A stretch of 64,000 nucleotides of DNA from Gammaproteobacteria bacterium (GTDB lineage Bacteria > Pseudomonadota > Gammaproteobacteria > Eutrophobiales > Eutrophobiaceae). The stretch spans positions 2,112,001 to 2,176,000 of the forward strand of contig CBDEUK010000002.1 of NCBI GenBank assembly GCA_965243205.1. Direction: 5' to 3'. This document shows, one piece after another, positions 1 to 10,947 of this stretch. Under the pieces are notes generated by a model, which was given only the letters and a program-made list of their open reading frames with translations, was not told where the DNA came from and made no database searches. The translations under genes were made by a program, and so were the position numbers. Position 1 is the first letter of the stretch; each line of letters opens with the position of its first letter.

Positions 1-1
1 G

Positions 2-118
2 CAGCAAGAAGAAGTAAGTATTAATATAAATTTAAACAGAGGTGATATTTCAACAACTGTTTGGACATCAGATTTATCATATGATTATGTAAAGATAAAT
101 GCAGAATATCGTACATAA
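2..118 (+). CDS. argJ: ArgJ ornithine acetyltransferase, 3' end only (runs off window start)
   Basis: Frame 2 translates [38 protein letters not shown], the characteristic ArgJ C-terminus; argJ-Nudix adjacency is common in gammaproteobacteria. Confidence 0.9.
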   Translation, partial: QQEEVSININLNRGDISTTVWTSDLSYDYVKINAEYRT

Positions 119-123
119 ATATT

Positions 124-1074
124 ATGCATACAGATTTACCCATTCATGTAGCAGTTGGTGTTATCGAGAATGAAGAAGGTAATGTATTAATTTCTAAAAG
201 ATCATTAAGGCAAGACCAAGGTGGCTTGTGGGAATTTCCTGGAGGTAAGATACATCAGGGTGAATCTCATTTTGAAGCTTTAAATAGAGAATTAAAAGAA
301 GAGCTCAATATCAATACACTTCGTTCTCGTCCGTTAATTACAATTCATCACCAATACTCAAACTACTCAGTCGTTTTATATGTTCATAAAGTTATTCATT
401 GGGAAGACGAGCCTATTGGTAAGGAAGGCCAAGAAATTAAATGGTTAGAAAAAGAAAGTTTAATGCCGCATAACTTTCCCGAGGCAAATAAAACAATAAT
501 TAAAGCGACACAATTGCCTGATACTATTTTTGTCACACCAGAGCCAAGTTTATATGAAGAAAGGTTTTTTTTAACAAAGATTGAACAGATTCTTAAACAA
601 GGAATAAAGATAATTCAATTTCGATGCAAGAAAAAAAAATGTATTGAGCATTATGAAATTATAAAAAAGATAAAGTTATTGTGTGAAAAATTTGAGGCTA
701 AATTAATTATCAATACAGATACCGACTTTAAATATTTAACTGAATTTGATGGGTTACATTTGAGTAGTGAAAATCTAAAAAAATATGATAAAAGGCCTAT
801 TTCTAAAGAAAAACTATTAATGGTTTCTTGTCATAATGATAAAGAAATTGAAATGTCGAAAAAAATTGATGCAGATGCATTAATACTAGGTTCTGTTAAA
901 ACTAGTAATTCACATCCTAATGGAATGTATTTAGGTTGGGAAAACTTTGGAGCTATGACCAAGCGAACGAATATACCAATTTATGGTATAGGTGGATTAA
1001 ATGATGATGATAAAGAAACAGCGTGGAATTATGGAGCTCAAGGTATAGCGATGATTAGTGGGTTATGGGGTTAA
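124..1074 (+). CDS. Nudix (MutT-like) hydrolase fused to thiamine-phosphate-synthase-like (ThiE/TenI) domain
   Basis: Nudix box WEFPGGKIHQGESHFEALNRELKEELNI; C-terminal SCHN, TSNSHP and YGIGG motifs of the ThiE-like barrel. Confidence 0.9.
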   Translation: MHTDLPIHVAVGVIENEEGNVLISKRSLRQDQGGLWEFPGGKIHQGESHFEALNRELKEELNINTLRSRPLITIHHQYSNYSVVLYVHKVIHWEDEPIGKEGQEIKWLEKESLMPHNFPEANKTIIKATQLPDTIFVTPEPSLYEERFFLTKIEQILKQGIKIIQFRCKKKKCIEHYEIIKKIKLLCEKFEAKLIINTDTDFKYLTEFDGLHLSSENLKKYDKRPISKEKLLMVSCHNDKEIEMSKKIDADALILGSVKTSNSHPNGMYLGWENFGAMTKRTNIPIYGIGGLNDDDKETAWNYGAQGIAMISGLWG

Positions 1075-1091
1075 CCATAATATTTAAATAT

Positions 1092-1268
1092 TTACTCATC
1101 ATGATTGTTATTTTCATAAACAGAAAAATTTGATTCGTTATCTTTTATTGAATAATTTTCAGATAACCAATCGCCTAAATCAATAAGTCGGCATCGTTTT
1201 GAACAAAAAGGTAGATAGTTTTTTATTTCAGATTCATTAAAACTATTTTCGCAGACAGGACATTTCAT
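1092..1268 (-). CDS. yacG: DNA gyrase inhibitor YacG (58 aa, not in ORF track)
   Basis: Manual translation MKCPVCENSFNESEIKNYLPFCSKRCRLIDLGDWLSENYSI...; CPxC...PFCSxRCRLIDLGxW zinc motif; directly downstream of zapD. Confidence 0.92.
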   Translation of the reverse strand: MKCPVCENSFNESEIKNYLPFCSKRCRLIDLGDWLSENYSIKDNESNFSVYENNNHDE

Positions 1269-1272
1269 CTGA

Positions 1273-2043
1273 TTAATTCAAGCAACAAATTAGTTGGAAA
1301 TCGACATCTTGTTTAATTTGTTGTGGACGATTTTCAAAAATCTCTTGAGTCATAAAACGAATGGAGAATCTATGTTTGCCAGCACTAATTTCAGGAAAGT
1401 AATTAACATCATTATCTAATATGATTCTAAGCAAGTAGCAGTTTACACTTGGATCTAAATTTTTTTGGAAGAAGCCTGATGTAGCTATTTCGTTCGTAGG
1501 ACTGTTCATATTTCTTAGAATGTATAAGCATAAGTTGACAGATTTTTCGAAATTTGATAATTCACTGCACATACCATTGATTAATTCATTTCTAGTTTTT
1601 AACGGGAGATTTAACCAATAATGGTAGTTAGGAAGATCAAAGTTACAGCCACCGCCAGTGATCATACTTCGTTGTTTTACTGAGGTTATTAATTCATGAT
1701 TAGCAAATAATTTTGCAGGGTGAATATCATAGCCATGAAGCTGCTCGAGTTGTTCATTGAGATCATCTAATAAACTAGATAACTGATTATGGTCGACATT
1801 TGGGTTGTTAAATAAATTCTTAAGTAATCCTAGATGTCGCTCTAATTCTTTGATGAGTTCGCTCTTAATATCTGATCGGCTGAGTAAATCTATAACATCA
1901 AGAATGGTTTTTATAGTATCTCTAGTATCTTGTATCGATGTGCCAGAACTGCGTTCATGGATAATGTCGAACAAGTATTCTAGACGCAGAAAAGTCCTGA
2001 TACGTTCGTTGAGAGGCTGTTCGTAGATGATAGATTTTTGCAC
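1273..2043 (-). CDS. zapD: Cell division protein ZapD
   Basis: YEQPLNERIRTFLRLEYLF N-terminus, GGxCxFDLPxYHYWL, FPEISAGKHRFSIRF; coaE-zapD-yacG synteny. Confidence 0.93.
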   Translation of the reverse strand: MQKSIIYEQPLNERIRTFLRLEYLFDIIHERSSGTSIQDTRDTIKTILDVIDLLSRSDIKSELIKELERHLGLLKNLFNNPNVDHNQLSSLLDDLNEQLEQLHGYDIHPAKLFANHELITSVKQRSMITGGGCNFDLPNYHYWLNLPLKTRNELINGMCSELSNFEKSVNLCLYILRNMNSPTNEIATSGFFQKNLDPSVNCYLLRIILDNDVNYFPEISAGKHRFSIRFMTQEIFENRPQQIKQDVDFQLICCLN

Positions 2044-2105
2044 TTGGGTAAATTAGCGTGATTCAATGTTATTTTCCAGGGTTTCATTAAAAAAACACTA
2101 AAAAG

Positions 2106-2717
2106 CTATGAAATAGTCGAAGAAAGGCTAAGATAAAGGCTGTGAAGTTTGTTAACTTCATTTTTTAGATATTCCAATGAGAAACTGTTATCGATAATAT
2201 CATCTGCTAATTTCAATTTATCTTCTCTTGGTAGTTGAGAATTTATAATATTTTCAACATGTGTTTTTGAAACAGAATCTCTTTTCATGGTCCTTTCTAT
2301 TTGTAATTGAATAGGGCTATCAATATACACAACACGGTCTACGTGTTCAGTTCCATTTGTTTCGAATAATAAAGGTATTGCTATAATACAATAAGATGAT
2401 TGTACGAGATGTGCTTGTTCTTCGATTGATTGATATATTAATGGATGAAGAATTGAGTTTAATTGTTTGAGCTTTTTTTTATCTTGAAAAACTAATTCTC
2501 TTAGTTTCTTTCTATCAAGTGATTCTTTGTCAGTTAATAGAGTCGATCCAAAAACAGAAATTACTTTTTTTAAACCTTCACTACCAGGTTCAACAATATT
2601 TTTTGCTATTATATCTGCATCAATAATTGGAACGCCTAGTTTTTCAAAAAGATTACAAACAGTTGTTTTGCCGCTGCCAATACCACCTGTTAAACCTACC
2701 CGAAAAGGTTGATTCAT
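2106..2717 (-). CDS. coaE: Dephospho-CoA kinase
   Basis: VGLTGGIGSGKTTV P-loop, IIDAD, LDRKKLR, LHPLI; follows pilD. Confidence 0.95.
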   Translation of the reverse strand: MNQPFRVGLTGGIGSGKTTVCNLFEKLGVPIIDADIIAKNIVEPGSEGLKKVISVFGSTLLTDKESLDRKKLRELVFQDKKKLKQLNSILHPLIYQSIEEQAHLVQSSYCIIAIPLLFETNGTEHVDRVVYIDSPIQLQIERTMKRDSVSKTHVENIINSQLPREDKLKLADDIIDNSFSLEYLKNEVNKLHSLYLSLSSTIS

Positions 2718-2718
2718 C

Positions 2719-3594
2719 TTATAGATTTGCCCAGTTTAGATAGGAATTGATAATTTGTTCCCCCCAAAATACAGCGATCCAGCCTGCAATAGCGATATAA
2801 GGACCAAATGGAATTGGTTTAGATTTTTTATCCTTATCGAGCAATAATATTGTAATTCCGACTATTGCTCCTAGTATCGAAGACAATACAATAATAACCA
2901 AAAGATATTGATAGCCTAGCCAAGCACCAATCATGGAGAGTAATTTGAAGTCACCGTGTCCCATACCTTCTTTGCCTGTTATTAATTTAAAAACTATATA
3001 AACAGACCAAAAAGCTAAATAACCTAAAATAGCACCTAGCACTGAAGATTCTAAATTAGTAAATAGACTGAAATAATTGCAAAGAATACCTAGCCATAGC
3101 ATAGGTAAAGTAATATTGTCAGGTAATAGCTGATGATCAAAATCAATAAAGCTTAAAGCAATTAAGCTCCATGTAAAAAAAAGCAATAATAAAGTTTCTA
3201 GGCTAAACCCAAAAAAATATGCACAAATAAAAGATAGAATACCTGTTAATAGTTCCACAGATGGATAGCGGATTGAAATAGGCGCAGAACAGTTAGAACA
3301 TTTTCCTCTTAAGAATAAATAACTGATGATAGGAATATTTTCTATTGCAGTAATTCGATGATTACAATGTGGACAGGTTGATCGAGGAAATGATAGGTTA
3401 AATGGTTTATTATCAAAATTACTGGAATTACCAATTTCTAAAAAATCACAACAATCGCGTTTCCATTCTCGATGCAACATAATAGGTAGTCGATAAATGA
3501 CAACATTTAAAAAACTACCAACAGTTAAGCCTAGAATAAAAACGCATATCCACAAGAAAACATTAGAATGTTCTAAAAGATAGAAAAATTCCAT
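2719..3594 (-). CDS. pilD: Prepilin peptidase/N-methyltransferase
   Basis: GSFLNVVIYRLP, two CxxC pairs, IDFDHQLLPD, GMGHGDFKL, PFGPY. Confidence 0.96.
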   Translation of the reverse strand: MEFFYLLEHSNVFLWICVFILGLTVGSFLNVVIYRLPIMLHREWKRDCCDFLEIGNSSNFDNKPFNLSFPRSTCPHCNHRITAIENIPIISYLFLRGKCSNCSAPISIRYPSVELLTGILSFICAYFFGFSLETLLLLFFTWSLIALSFIDFDHQLLPDNITLPMLWLGILCNYFSLFTNLESSVLGAILGYLAFWSVYIVFKLITGKEGMGHGDFKLLSMIGAWLGYQYLLVIIVLSSILGAIVGITILLLDKDKKSKPIPFGPYIAIAGWIAVFWGEQIINSYLNWANL

Positions 3595-3624
3595 AATTCC
3601 AATGTTGTTTAGAATTTTTAGGGT

Positions 3625-4851
3625 TTATACCACTGAGCCAAGCTTGAAGATCGGCAAGTACATGCCAACAACAATGCCACCGATGACGACACCTAAAAAT
3701 GCCATAATCATAGGTTCTAGTAAGCTGGTTAACGCTTCAACAGCATCGTCGACTTCTTGTTCATACCAATCAGCAACTTTACCTAGCATCGTATCAATAG
3801 CACCAGATTCTTCACCAATAGCAACCATTTGCACAACCATGTTAGGGAATAATTGGGTATCACGCATGGCTGCTTGAAGTTGAGTACCAGTAGCAATTTC
3901 ATCACGCATTTTTATAGTTGCATCATGATAAACGATATTACCGCAGGCTCCTGCTACCGAGGTCATGGATTCTACTAAAGGCGTACCTGCTGCAAACATA
4001 GTTTCCAGAGTACGCGAAAAACGTGCTATCGCTGATTTTTCTAATATCTGTCCAATGACTGGAATCTTAAGAGACATTCGATCTAGAAAGTGTGCGAATT
4101 TTATGGATCGTTTTTTAGCCATACTAAAGCCAACAACAGCACCAACTATTATCCCTAACATTGCCCACCAATAATTTTGGAAAAATTTAGAGGTATCGAT
4201 CAATAACTGTGTTAGAGCAGGAAGATCAGCTCCAAAATTTGAAAATAATTCTTCGAATGCAGGTATTACAAACAACATCAAAATTGCTACGATAATAAAT
4301 GCAACAACAATTACCGCAGTTGGATAGAATAGCGCTGATTTGATTTTTGATTTCAGAGCTTCAGTCTTTTCCATATAGGTAGCTATCTTATGTAAGATAG
4401 CTTCTAAGATACCCGACTGCTCACCTGCTTGAACTAAGTTACAATATAGTTCATTAAATTGCAGCGGGTGTTTGCGTAGTGCTTCCGTTAAATTATTACC
4501 CGCTTCTACATCAGCTTTAATGCTTAATATTAAATCTTGCATGGCAGGGTTTTCATGGCCGCGGCCAGTGATCTCAAATGACTGAACTAATGGTACACCC
4601 GATGAAATCATCGTTGCTAATTGACGACTGAAGACAGTGATATCTTTGGAGGTAATCTTCTTTTTACCGCCACCGCCGAATAGAGGTTTTGGTTTCTTTT
4701 TAACTTTAAGAGGTTTTATACCTTGACGTCGTAGAGTTGCTTTGATCAGAGCATCGCTTTGCCCAGTCATTTCACCTTTAACACGTTTACCCGATTTGTC
4801 TTGGCCTTCCCAGACAAACATATCAGAACTTTTAACTGCAGCTTCAGCCAT
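3625..4851 (-). CDS. pilC: Type IV pilus platform protein PilC (GspF family)
   Basis: FSRQLATMISSGVPL, IKSALFYP, GEESG, LLEP, MYLPIF; between pilB and pilD. Confidence 0.95.
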   Translation of the reverse strand: MAEAAVKSSDMFVWEGQDKSGKRVKGEMTGQSDALIKATLRRQGIKPLKVKKKPKPLFGGGGKKKITSKDITVFSRQLATMISSGVPLVQSFEITGRGHENPAMQDLILSIKADVEAGNNLTEALRKHPLQFNELYCNLVQAGEQSGILEAILHKIATYMEKTEALKSKIKSALFYPTAVIVVAFIIVAILMLFVIPAFEELFSNFGADLPALTQLLIDTSKFFQNYWWAMLGIIVGAVVGFSMAKKRSIKFAHFLDRMSLKIPVIGQILEKSAIARFSRTLETMFAAGTPLVESMTSVAGACGNIVYHDATIKMRDEIATGTQLQAAMRDTQLFPNMVVQMVAIGEESGAIDTMLGKVADWYEQEVDDAVEALTSLLEPMIMAFLGVVIGGIVVGMYLPIFKLGSVV

Positions 4852-4856
4852 AATAA

Positions 4857-6578
4857 TTACTCAACAGTTACACGATTGATTTCAGCGAGGCTGGTTAAAC
4901 CAGCTTTCACTTTTTCTAACCCAGATTTTCGAATATCCCAAACGCCTTCAGCATTTGCCTGATCAGCAAGTTTGACAGCGTTGGCCCCTTCAATAATTAG
5001 TCGCTTCATATCTTCAGAAATCGGCATGACTTGGTAGATACCTGCACGGCCTTTATAGCCGCTTGGGCAATCAGCTCCACCATCTCCTGGCCCAAATACA
5101 GTGAATCCTTCTTTGATTTCTTCTTTAGTAAAACCTTCTTCCAATAAAGCATCTTCAGGCATTTCGATTGGGACTTTATAATCAGGATGTAAACGACGAC
5201 ATAAACGTTGTCCGGTGATTAAATTAATAGATGTCGCAACCGCAAATGCTTGAATGCCCATATCTTGTAAGCGGGTTAATGTTTGCGGGCCATCATTAGT
5301 ATGTAAAGTAGACATAACCATATGGCCTGTTTGAGCAGCCTTTACTGCGATAGATCCTGTTTCTAAATCACGTATCTCACCAACAAGAATGATATCTGGA
5401 TCTTGGCGTAAAAACGCTTTTAATGCTTTAGGGAAAGTCATTCCGGTTCGTTCGTCAACTTGCACTTGGTTTACGCCAGGTAAGTTAATCTCGACCGGAT
5501 CTTCAGCAGTCGAAATATTAATATCTTGTTTATTAAGAATGTTTATACCAGTATAGAGTGAAACCGTTTTACCACTACCAGTAGGGCCAGTTACTAAAAA
5601 CATTCCATAGGGTTTATGTAAGTTTTTCAAAAATAATTCTTTTTGGAAATCTTCATAACCAAGTTGGTCAATCTGTAGTGCTGCAGCGTCAGAATCTAAA
5701 ATACGCATTACAGTTTTTTCACCATACATAGTCGGACAGGTGCTGACACGAAAATCGATGGCTTTATTTTTAGTAATTTTTAATTTGATACGTCCGTCTT
5801 GCGGTACACGACGTTCCGAAACGTCAAGGCGAGACATGACTTTAATTCTTGCTGCTAGTTTGCCGGATAATGATAGTGGTGGTTTTGAGACTTCCTCAAG
5901 TACACCATCAATACGAAAACGTACTCGATAATATTTTTCATAAGGTTCGAAGTGTAAGTCTGAAGCCCCTTTTTTGATGGCATCCAGTAAAACTTTATTT
6001 ACGAATTTAACGACAGGTGCATCGTCGATATCACTGTCTTGGTCATCGTCAGTTGGAGTGTCATCACCAAATTCTATATCTTCTAGCCCTTCAAACTCTT
6101 CTCCATCCATATCATCAAGGCCACCGTCAGCTTCATCAAGTGCCTTATCAATTGTCGCGGCCAATTTATGTTCTTCTACCAGGATTGCTTCGGTAGTCAT
6201 GCTGGTGGCAAATTTAATCTCGTCCAATGCGACTAGGTTAGTTGGGTCAGATACGGCAACAAACAAGCGGGCCCCACGCTTAAAAATAGGTAAGGCATGA
6301 TGTTTTTTGATCATGTCTTCTTTTAATAATTTAGTAATTTCTGAGTCGAGTTCAAAGCAGTCTATATCAACGAGGGGGACGCCGAATTCATTGGAAGCGG
6401 CTAATGCTATTTTGTCACTATCAACGAGATTATGTTGAACCAGATATGAAACAAAAGGCTGTTTCTCAGATTGAGCCTTTTGAAAAGCATCCAGAGCAGC
6501 TTGTTCTTCGATCAATCCATCAGTGACTAGCTTACGTGCCAAGCCACTAAGATGTACTTTATTTGCTGGGACTACCAT
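4857..6578 (-). CDS. pilB: Type IV-A pilus assembly ATPase PilB
   Basis: ASDLHFEP, RRVPQDGRI, Walker A GPTGSGKT, AEDPVE, LRQDPDIILVGEIRD, His box TGHMVMSTLHTND. Confidence 0.96.
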   Translation of the reverse strand: MVVPANKVHLSGLARKLVTDGLIEEQAALDAFQKAQSEKQPFVSYLVQHNLVDSDKIALAASNEFGVPLVDIDCFELDSEITKLLKEDMIKKHHALPIFKRGARLFVAVSDPTNLVALDEIKFATSMTTEAILVEEHKLAATIDKALDEADGGLDDMDGEEFEGLEDIEFGDDTPTDDDQDSDIDDAPVVKFVNKVLLDAIKKGASDLHFEPYEKYYRVRFRIDGVLEEVSKPPLSLSGKLAARIKVMSRLDVSERRVPQDGRIKLKITKNKAIDFRVSTCPTMYGEKTVMRILDSDAAALQIDQLGYEDFQKELFLKNLHKPYGMFLVTGPTGSGKTVSLYTGINILNKQDINISTAEDPVEINLPGVNQVQVDERTGMTFPKALKAFLRQDPDIILVGEIRDLETGSIAVKAAQTGHMVMSTLHTNDGPQTLTRLQDMGIQAFAVATSINLITGQRLCRRLHPDYKVPIEMPEDALLEEGFTKEEIKEGFTVFGPGDGGADCPSGYKGRAGIYQVMPISEDMKRLIIEGANAVKLADQANAEGVWDIRKSGLEKVKAGLTSLAEINRVTVE

Positions 6579-6792
6579 GACTTAATTTAAGACTCCCAAA
6601 TTGAAATGAAATAGTAGTGTATAACCAAAGCTTGACCAATTCTCTGATCACATAACTGTCGTCTATTTCACAGCAATTATTGTTTTTTTGATGGACGGAA
6701 CTATTCCGACTATATTATCAATACAGAGATTAAAGCAAAAATACCAAGCTATTTCAATTATTTATACTAATTAATTCGTAAAATTTTTAAGT

Positions 6793-9369
6793 TTATTCAG
6801 TGTTGAACTTTAGCTGATTATTTTGATAATCGACTTTTATTGTATCCCCACTCGCAAAATCACCAGCTAATATTTTTTTCGCTAAATTTGACTCTAAATT
6901 TGTCTGAATAGCACGTTTTAGCGGACGAGCTCCAAACACTGGGTCAAAACCGGCTTCACCGATAAAGTCTTTAGCGGCATCAGAGATAATAATTTCAATA
7001 TCTTGTTCTTTGAGACGTTTGCTGAGCCGGTCAATTTGCACATCTGTGATAGCACGGATTTGTGCTTTTTGAAGTGCATGGAAGACGACAATTTCATCAA
7101 TACGGTTAATGAATTCAGGACGAAAATGTTGGCCAACCACTTCTAAAACCGTGGATTTTAACTGTTCGTAATCATTGTTCTCGGACTCTGATTGAATCAA
7201 TTCAGAACCTAGGTTTGAAGTCATAACAATCACGGTATTTCTAAAGTCGACAGTACGGCCTTGGCCGTCGGTTAAACGTCCATCATCTAATACTTGAAGT
7301 AATATATTAAAGACATCAGGGTGCGCTTTTTCAACTTCGTCCAATAGAACTAAAGAATAGGGTCGACGACGAATCGCTTCAGTGAGATAACCACCAGCAT
7401 CGTATCCAACATATCCAGGCGGAGCCCCGATCAAACGTGCGACAGAATGCTTTTCCATAAACTCTGACATATCGACTCTGACCATAGCGTCTTCAGTGTC
7501 GAAAAGAAATTCAGCCAAACTTTTACACAATTCCGTTTTACCAACACCGGTTGGCCCGAGAAACATAAATGAACCATTAGGGCGGTTCGGATCGGACAAA
7601 CCTGCACGTGAGCGACGAATCGCATTGGCAACTGCATCAATTGCTTCATTTTGACCAATTACCCGTTTATGTAATGCGTCTTCCATTTGCAGTAATTTTT
7701 CTTTCTCACCAGAAAGCATTTTTGCAACAGGAATCCCAGTCCATTTTGAAACCACTTCCGCAATCTCATTTTCAGAGACTTTATTGCGAAGTAATTTCAT
7801 ATCTTGCATTTCGGCTTGAGCAGCTATATCGAGTTGTTTTTCCAATTGAGGTATTAAACCGTATTGCAATTCAGACATACGGCTTAAATCACCGTTACGT
7901 TGCGCGGTTAAAAACTCTTGGCGTGCTTGTTCAAGTTTTTCTTTGATATTGTGAGTGCCTTGAAGCGCAGCCTTTTCGGATAGCCAGATTTCTTCTAGGT
8001 CAGAAAACTCACGTTCAATATTTGAAATTTCATCTTCTAAATCTTGTAAACGTTTTTTTGAAGCATCATCCGTTTCTTTCTTTAAGGCTTCGCGCTCGAT
8101 TTTCATTTGGATCAAACGGCGTTCTAAGCGATCCATGCTTTCTGGTTTGGAATCGATTTCTATGCTGATTCGACTAGCCGATTCATCGATCAAATCAATG
8201 GCTTTATCGGGTAGTTGTCGATCAGAAATATAACGATGCGATAACGTTGCGGCAGCAACAATCGCCGGATCAGTGATTTGTACGTTATGGTGTACTTCGT
8301 ATTTTTCTTTTAAACCGCGCAATATCGCAATGGCATCTTCAACACTGGGTTCATTGACCAGTACTTTTTGGAAACGTCTTTCTAAAGCTGCATCTTTTTC
8401 AATGTTTTCACGATATTCATCTAAGGTGGTCGCTCCTACACAATGTAATTCACCACGAGCCAGCGCCGGCTTCAACATATTCCCTGCATCCATAGCACCT
8501 TCGGCTTTACCTGCTCCGACCATGGTATGAACTTCATCTATGAATAAAATGATTTGACCTTCTTGTTTTGAAAGATCATTTAATACCGCTTTTAATCGCT
8601 CCTCAAACTCACCACGAAATTTAGCACCTGCGATCAAAGCGCCTAAATCTAAAGATAATAAACGTTTATTTTTTAAGGCATCCGGCACTTCGCCATTGAT
8701 GATACGTTGTGCCAAGCCTTCAACAATGGCTGTTTTTCCGACACCAGGCTCACCAATTAACACAGGATTGTTTTTGGTACGACGTTGTAAAACTTGTATG
8801 GTACGACGGATCTCTTCATCGCGACCTATCACCGGATCGAGTTTGCCGGATTCAGCTCGAGCTGTTAAATCAATAGTATATTTTTCTAAAGCTTGACGAT
8901 GTTCTTCGGCATTAGGATCATTGACAGCTTCACCGCCACGAATTTTTTCAATGGTGTTTGCTAGTGATGATTTAGTTGCTCCAGCAGTTGTTAATAATTC
9001 ACTGATTTCATTTTTATCCGCCATTGCTGCCAATAAAAATAATTCGCTGGAGATATATTGATCGTTTCTATCTTGGGCTAACTTATCTGAAATGTTTAAT
9101 AGACGTTCAAGATTTTTAGAGATGTGAACATTGCCTTGATTACCAGAAACAGTCGGTATGCGATTAAGAATCGATTCGAGTTCTTGCTTAATCTTAACGA
9201 TATTTCCGCCAGCATTTTGTAAAACATTTTTGATGCTGGAATTATTTTGATCGAGCATCGCTGTGAGTACATGAGCCGGTTCCATGAATTGATGGTCACG
9301 ACCCACAGCAATGCTTTGTGCATCCGCTAATGCCACTTGAAAGTTTGTCGTTAATCTATCAGGTCTCAT
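6793..9369 (-). CDS. clpB: ATP-dependent disaggregase ClpB
   Basis: Two AAA+ modules ([16 protein letters not shown]), coiled-coil middle domain, GARPLKR; 858 aa. Confidence 0.97.
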   Translation of the reverse strand: MRPDRLTTNFQVALADAQSIAVGRDHQFMEPAHVLTAMLDQNNSSIKNVLQNAGGNIVKIKQELESILNRIPTVSGNQGNVHISKNLERLLNISDKLAQDRNDQYISSELFLLAAMADKNEISELLTTAGATKSSLANTIEKIRGGEAVNDPNAEEHRQALEKYTIDLTARAESGKLDPVIGRDEEIRRTIQVLQRRTKNNPVLIGEPGVGKTAIVEGLAQRIINGEVPDALKNKRLLSLDLGALIAGAKFRGEFEERLKAVLNDLSKQEGQIILFIDEVHTMVGAGKAEGAMDAGNMLKPALARGELHCVGATTLDEYRENIEKDAALERRFQKVLVNEPSVEDAIAILRGLKEKYEVHHNVQITDPAIVAAATLSHRYISDRQLPDKAIDLIDESASRISIEIDSKPESMDRLERRLIQMKIEREALKKETDDASKKRLQDLEDEISNIEREFSDLEEIWLSEKAALQGTHNIKEKLEQARQEFLTAQRNGDLSRMSELQYGLIPQLEKQLDIAAQAEMQDMKLLRNKVSENEIAEVVSKWTGIPVAKMLSGEKEKLLQMEDALHKRVIGQNEAIDAVANAIRRSRAGLSDPNRPNGSFMFLGPTGVGKTELCKSLAEFLFDTEDAMVRVDMSEFMEKHSVARLIGAPPGYVGYDAGGYLTEAIRRRPYSLVLLDEVEKAHPDVFNILLQVLDDGRLTDGQGRTVDFRNTVIVMTSNLGSELIQSESENNDYEQLKSTVLEVVGQHFRPEFINRIDEIVVFHALQKAQIRAITDVQIDRLSKRLKEQDIEIIISDAAKDFIGEAGFDPVFGARPLKRAIQTNLESNLAKKILAGDFASGDTIKVDYQNNQLKFNTE

Positions 9370-9409
9370 TGAAAATCCTCATAACACATATTAATTTGTT
9401 ATAAGAGAT

Positions 9410-9436
9410 ATATGGGCGTGATATAAACGAATCAAG
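9410..9436 (-). promoter_or_regulatory. Sigma32 (RpoH) heat-shock promoter of clpB
   Basis: Minus strand CTTGAT-N13-GCCCATAT, close to CTTGAA-N13/14-CCCCATNT, about 40 nt upstream of the clpB ATG. Confidence 0.75.
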
Positions 9437-9466
9437 TGATCATGTAACTTTTAACGTTGATCTAAA

Positions 9467-10885
9467 TCAATACACACCAATATCGATATACGATTTAGAA
9501 ATTTTATTGACCGCAACTGCAAAGGCTGCTGTTCGGAAATCATCTATCTTATCGTTAGAACGCAGAGTTGTTAGGATTTCTTGGAAAGCTAAACGCATCG
9601 TATCATCTAAACCTGAACGAACCAGATCTAACTCATCAGCACCTTTGATAAAATCTTCATGCAAATGTTTAGGAGCTGGTTTGCCAGTCATTTCTTCAAG
9701 ACCGCGTAAGATCGATTCGCCCTTTAGCTCATCATAACGACGTTCCATACGACCAAAACGAATCCGTGACAAGTTTCTAACCCATTCAAAATACGAAACG
9801 GTTACACCACCTGCGTTAACATACGCATCGGGTAGGATTATGACACCACGTTCTTTTAAGATTTGATCGGCTTCAAAAGTTACAGGGCCGTTAGCAGCTT
9901 CAACAATCAATTTGGCTTTTATGTTAGCAGCATTCTCACCATTAATTTGTGCTTCTAAAGCAGCAGGAATAAGGATGTCGCATTCTTTTTCCAGAGCTGA
10001 TTTACCGTTTTCATCAAACTCAGCATAAGGAAAACCTTTGATGGTTTTATGTTCAACAATATGCTGATAAAGTTTTTCGATTGGTATACCTTCATCATTA
10101 ATTAGAACACCATCGCGTTCGATGACCGCAGTGATTTTTGCGTCATCTTCTTCATCCAATAATTTGGCTGCGTAGTAGCCTACATTTCCTAAACCTTGAA
10201 TAACAATGTTTTTACCACCCAAGCCATCGCTTAAACCAGCTGCTTTGACTTCTTCTGGGTGACGAAAAAATTCTCTCATTGCGTAGACCACGCCACGACC
10301 AGTTGCTTCTTTACGACCACGGATACCACCGTGGCTAACAGGTTTACCAGTCACACAGCCCAAATAACTGATGTCCTCTGGATGTAGATGTTTGTAGGTA
10401 TCTGCCATCCAAGCCATTTCACGTTCGCCAGTTCCCATATCAGGTGCTGGTACATTCATGGCTGGACTTAAGAAACCTTTGCGGATTAGTTCTCTAGCAA
10501 AACGACGTGTGATCGCTTGCATCTCTTCACGAGTATATTCACGAGGGTCTATTAATAGACCACCTTTAGAACCGCCGAATGGTACATCAACAATCGCGCA
10601 TTTGTAGGTCATCAAAGCAGCCAGTGCTTCGACTTCATCTTGGTTCACGATAGGCGCATAGCGAATTCCACCTTTAGCAGGTAAACGATGAGTACTATGA
10701 ACGGCACGCCAGCCAGTAAAGATTTCGATTTTTCCACGAATGTTAACAGGAAATTGAACTTCAAGAGTGGCATTACAGGCTTTGATTGCATTGGCAATAT
10801 CGGATTCCATACCTAAAGCAGTGAATGCTCTATCGGCCATATGGTTAACACTTTCACTGAACGATAGTTGGTTAGTGGCTGACAT
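9467..10885 (-). CDS. gdhA: Glu/Leu/Phe/Val dehydrogenase, probably glutamate dehydrogenase
   Basis: PAKGGIRY, PFGGSKGG, VPAPDMGT, VTGKP, ATGRGV, QGLGNVG, EAANGP, NAGGVTVSYFEW. Confidence 0.85.
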   Translation of the reverse strand: MSATNQLSFSESVNHMADRAFTALGMESDIANAIKACNATLEVQFPVNIRGKIEIFTGWRAVHSTHRLPAKGGIRYAPIVNQDEVEALAALMTYKCAIVDVPFGGSKGGLLIDPREYTREEMQAITRRFARELIRKGFLSPAMNVPAPDMGTGEREMAWMADTYKHLHPEDISYLGCVTGKPVSHGGIRGRKEATGRGVVYAMREFFRHPEEVKAAGLSDGLGGKNIVIQGLGNVGYYAAKLLDEEDDAKITAVIERDGVLINDEGIPIEKLYQHIVEHKTIKGFPYAEFDENGKSALEKECDILIPAALEAQINGENAANIKAKLIVEAANGPVTFEADQILKERGVIILPDAYVNAGGVTVSYFEWVRNLSRIRFGRMERRYDELKGESILRGLEEMTGKPAPKHLHEDFIKGADELDLVRSGLDDTMRLAFQEILTTLRSNDKIDDFRTAAFAVAVNKISKSYIDIGVY

Positions 10886-10947
10886 CTTCGATTCCTCTTA
10901 GTTATTAGTTTAGTGCGTCCTAGCCCTAAACGATTAGCTAGGAAACA

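Noticed and set aside
124-1074. Nudix-ThiE fusion as a novelty
   Set aside because: Well-known fusion found next to argJ/secA in many beta- and gammaproteobacteria
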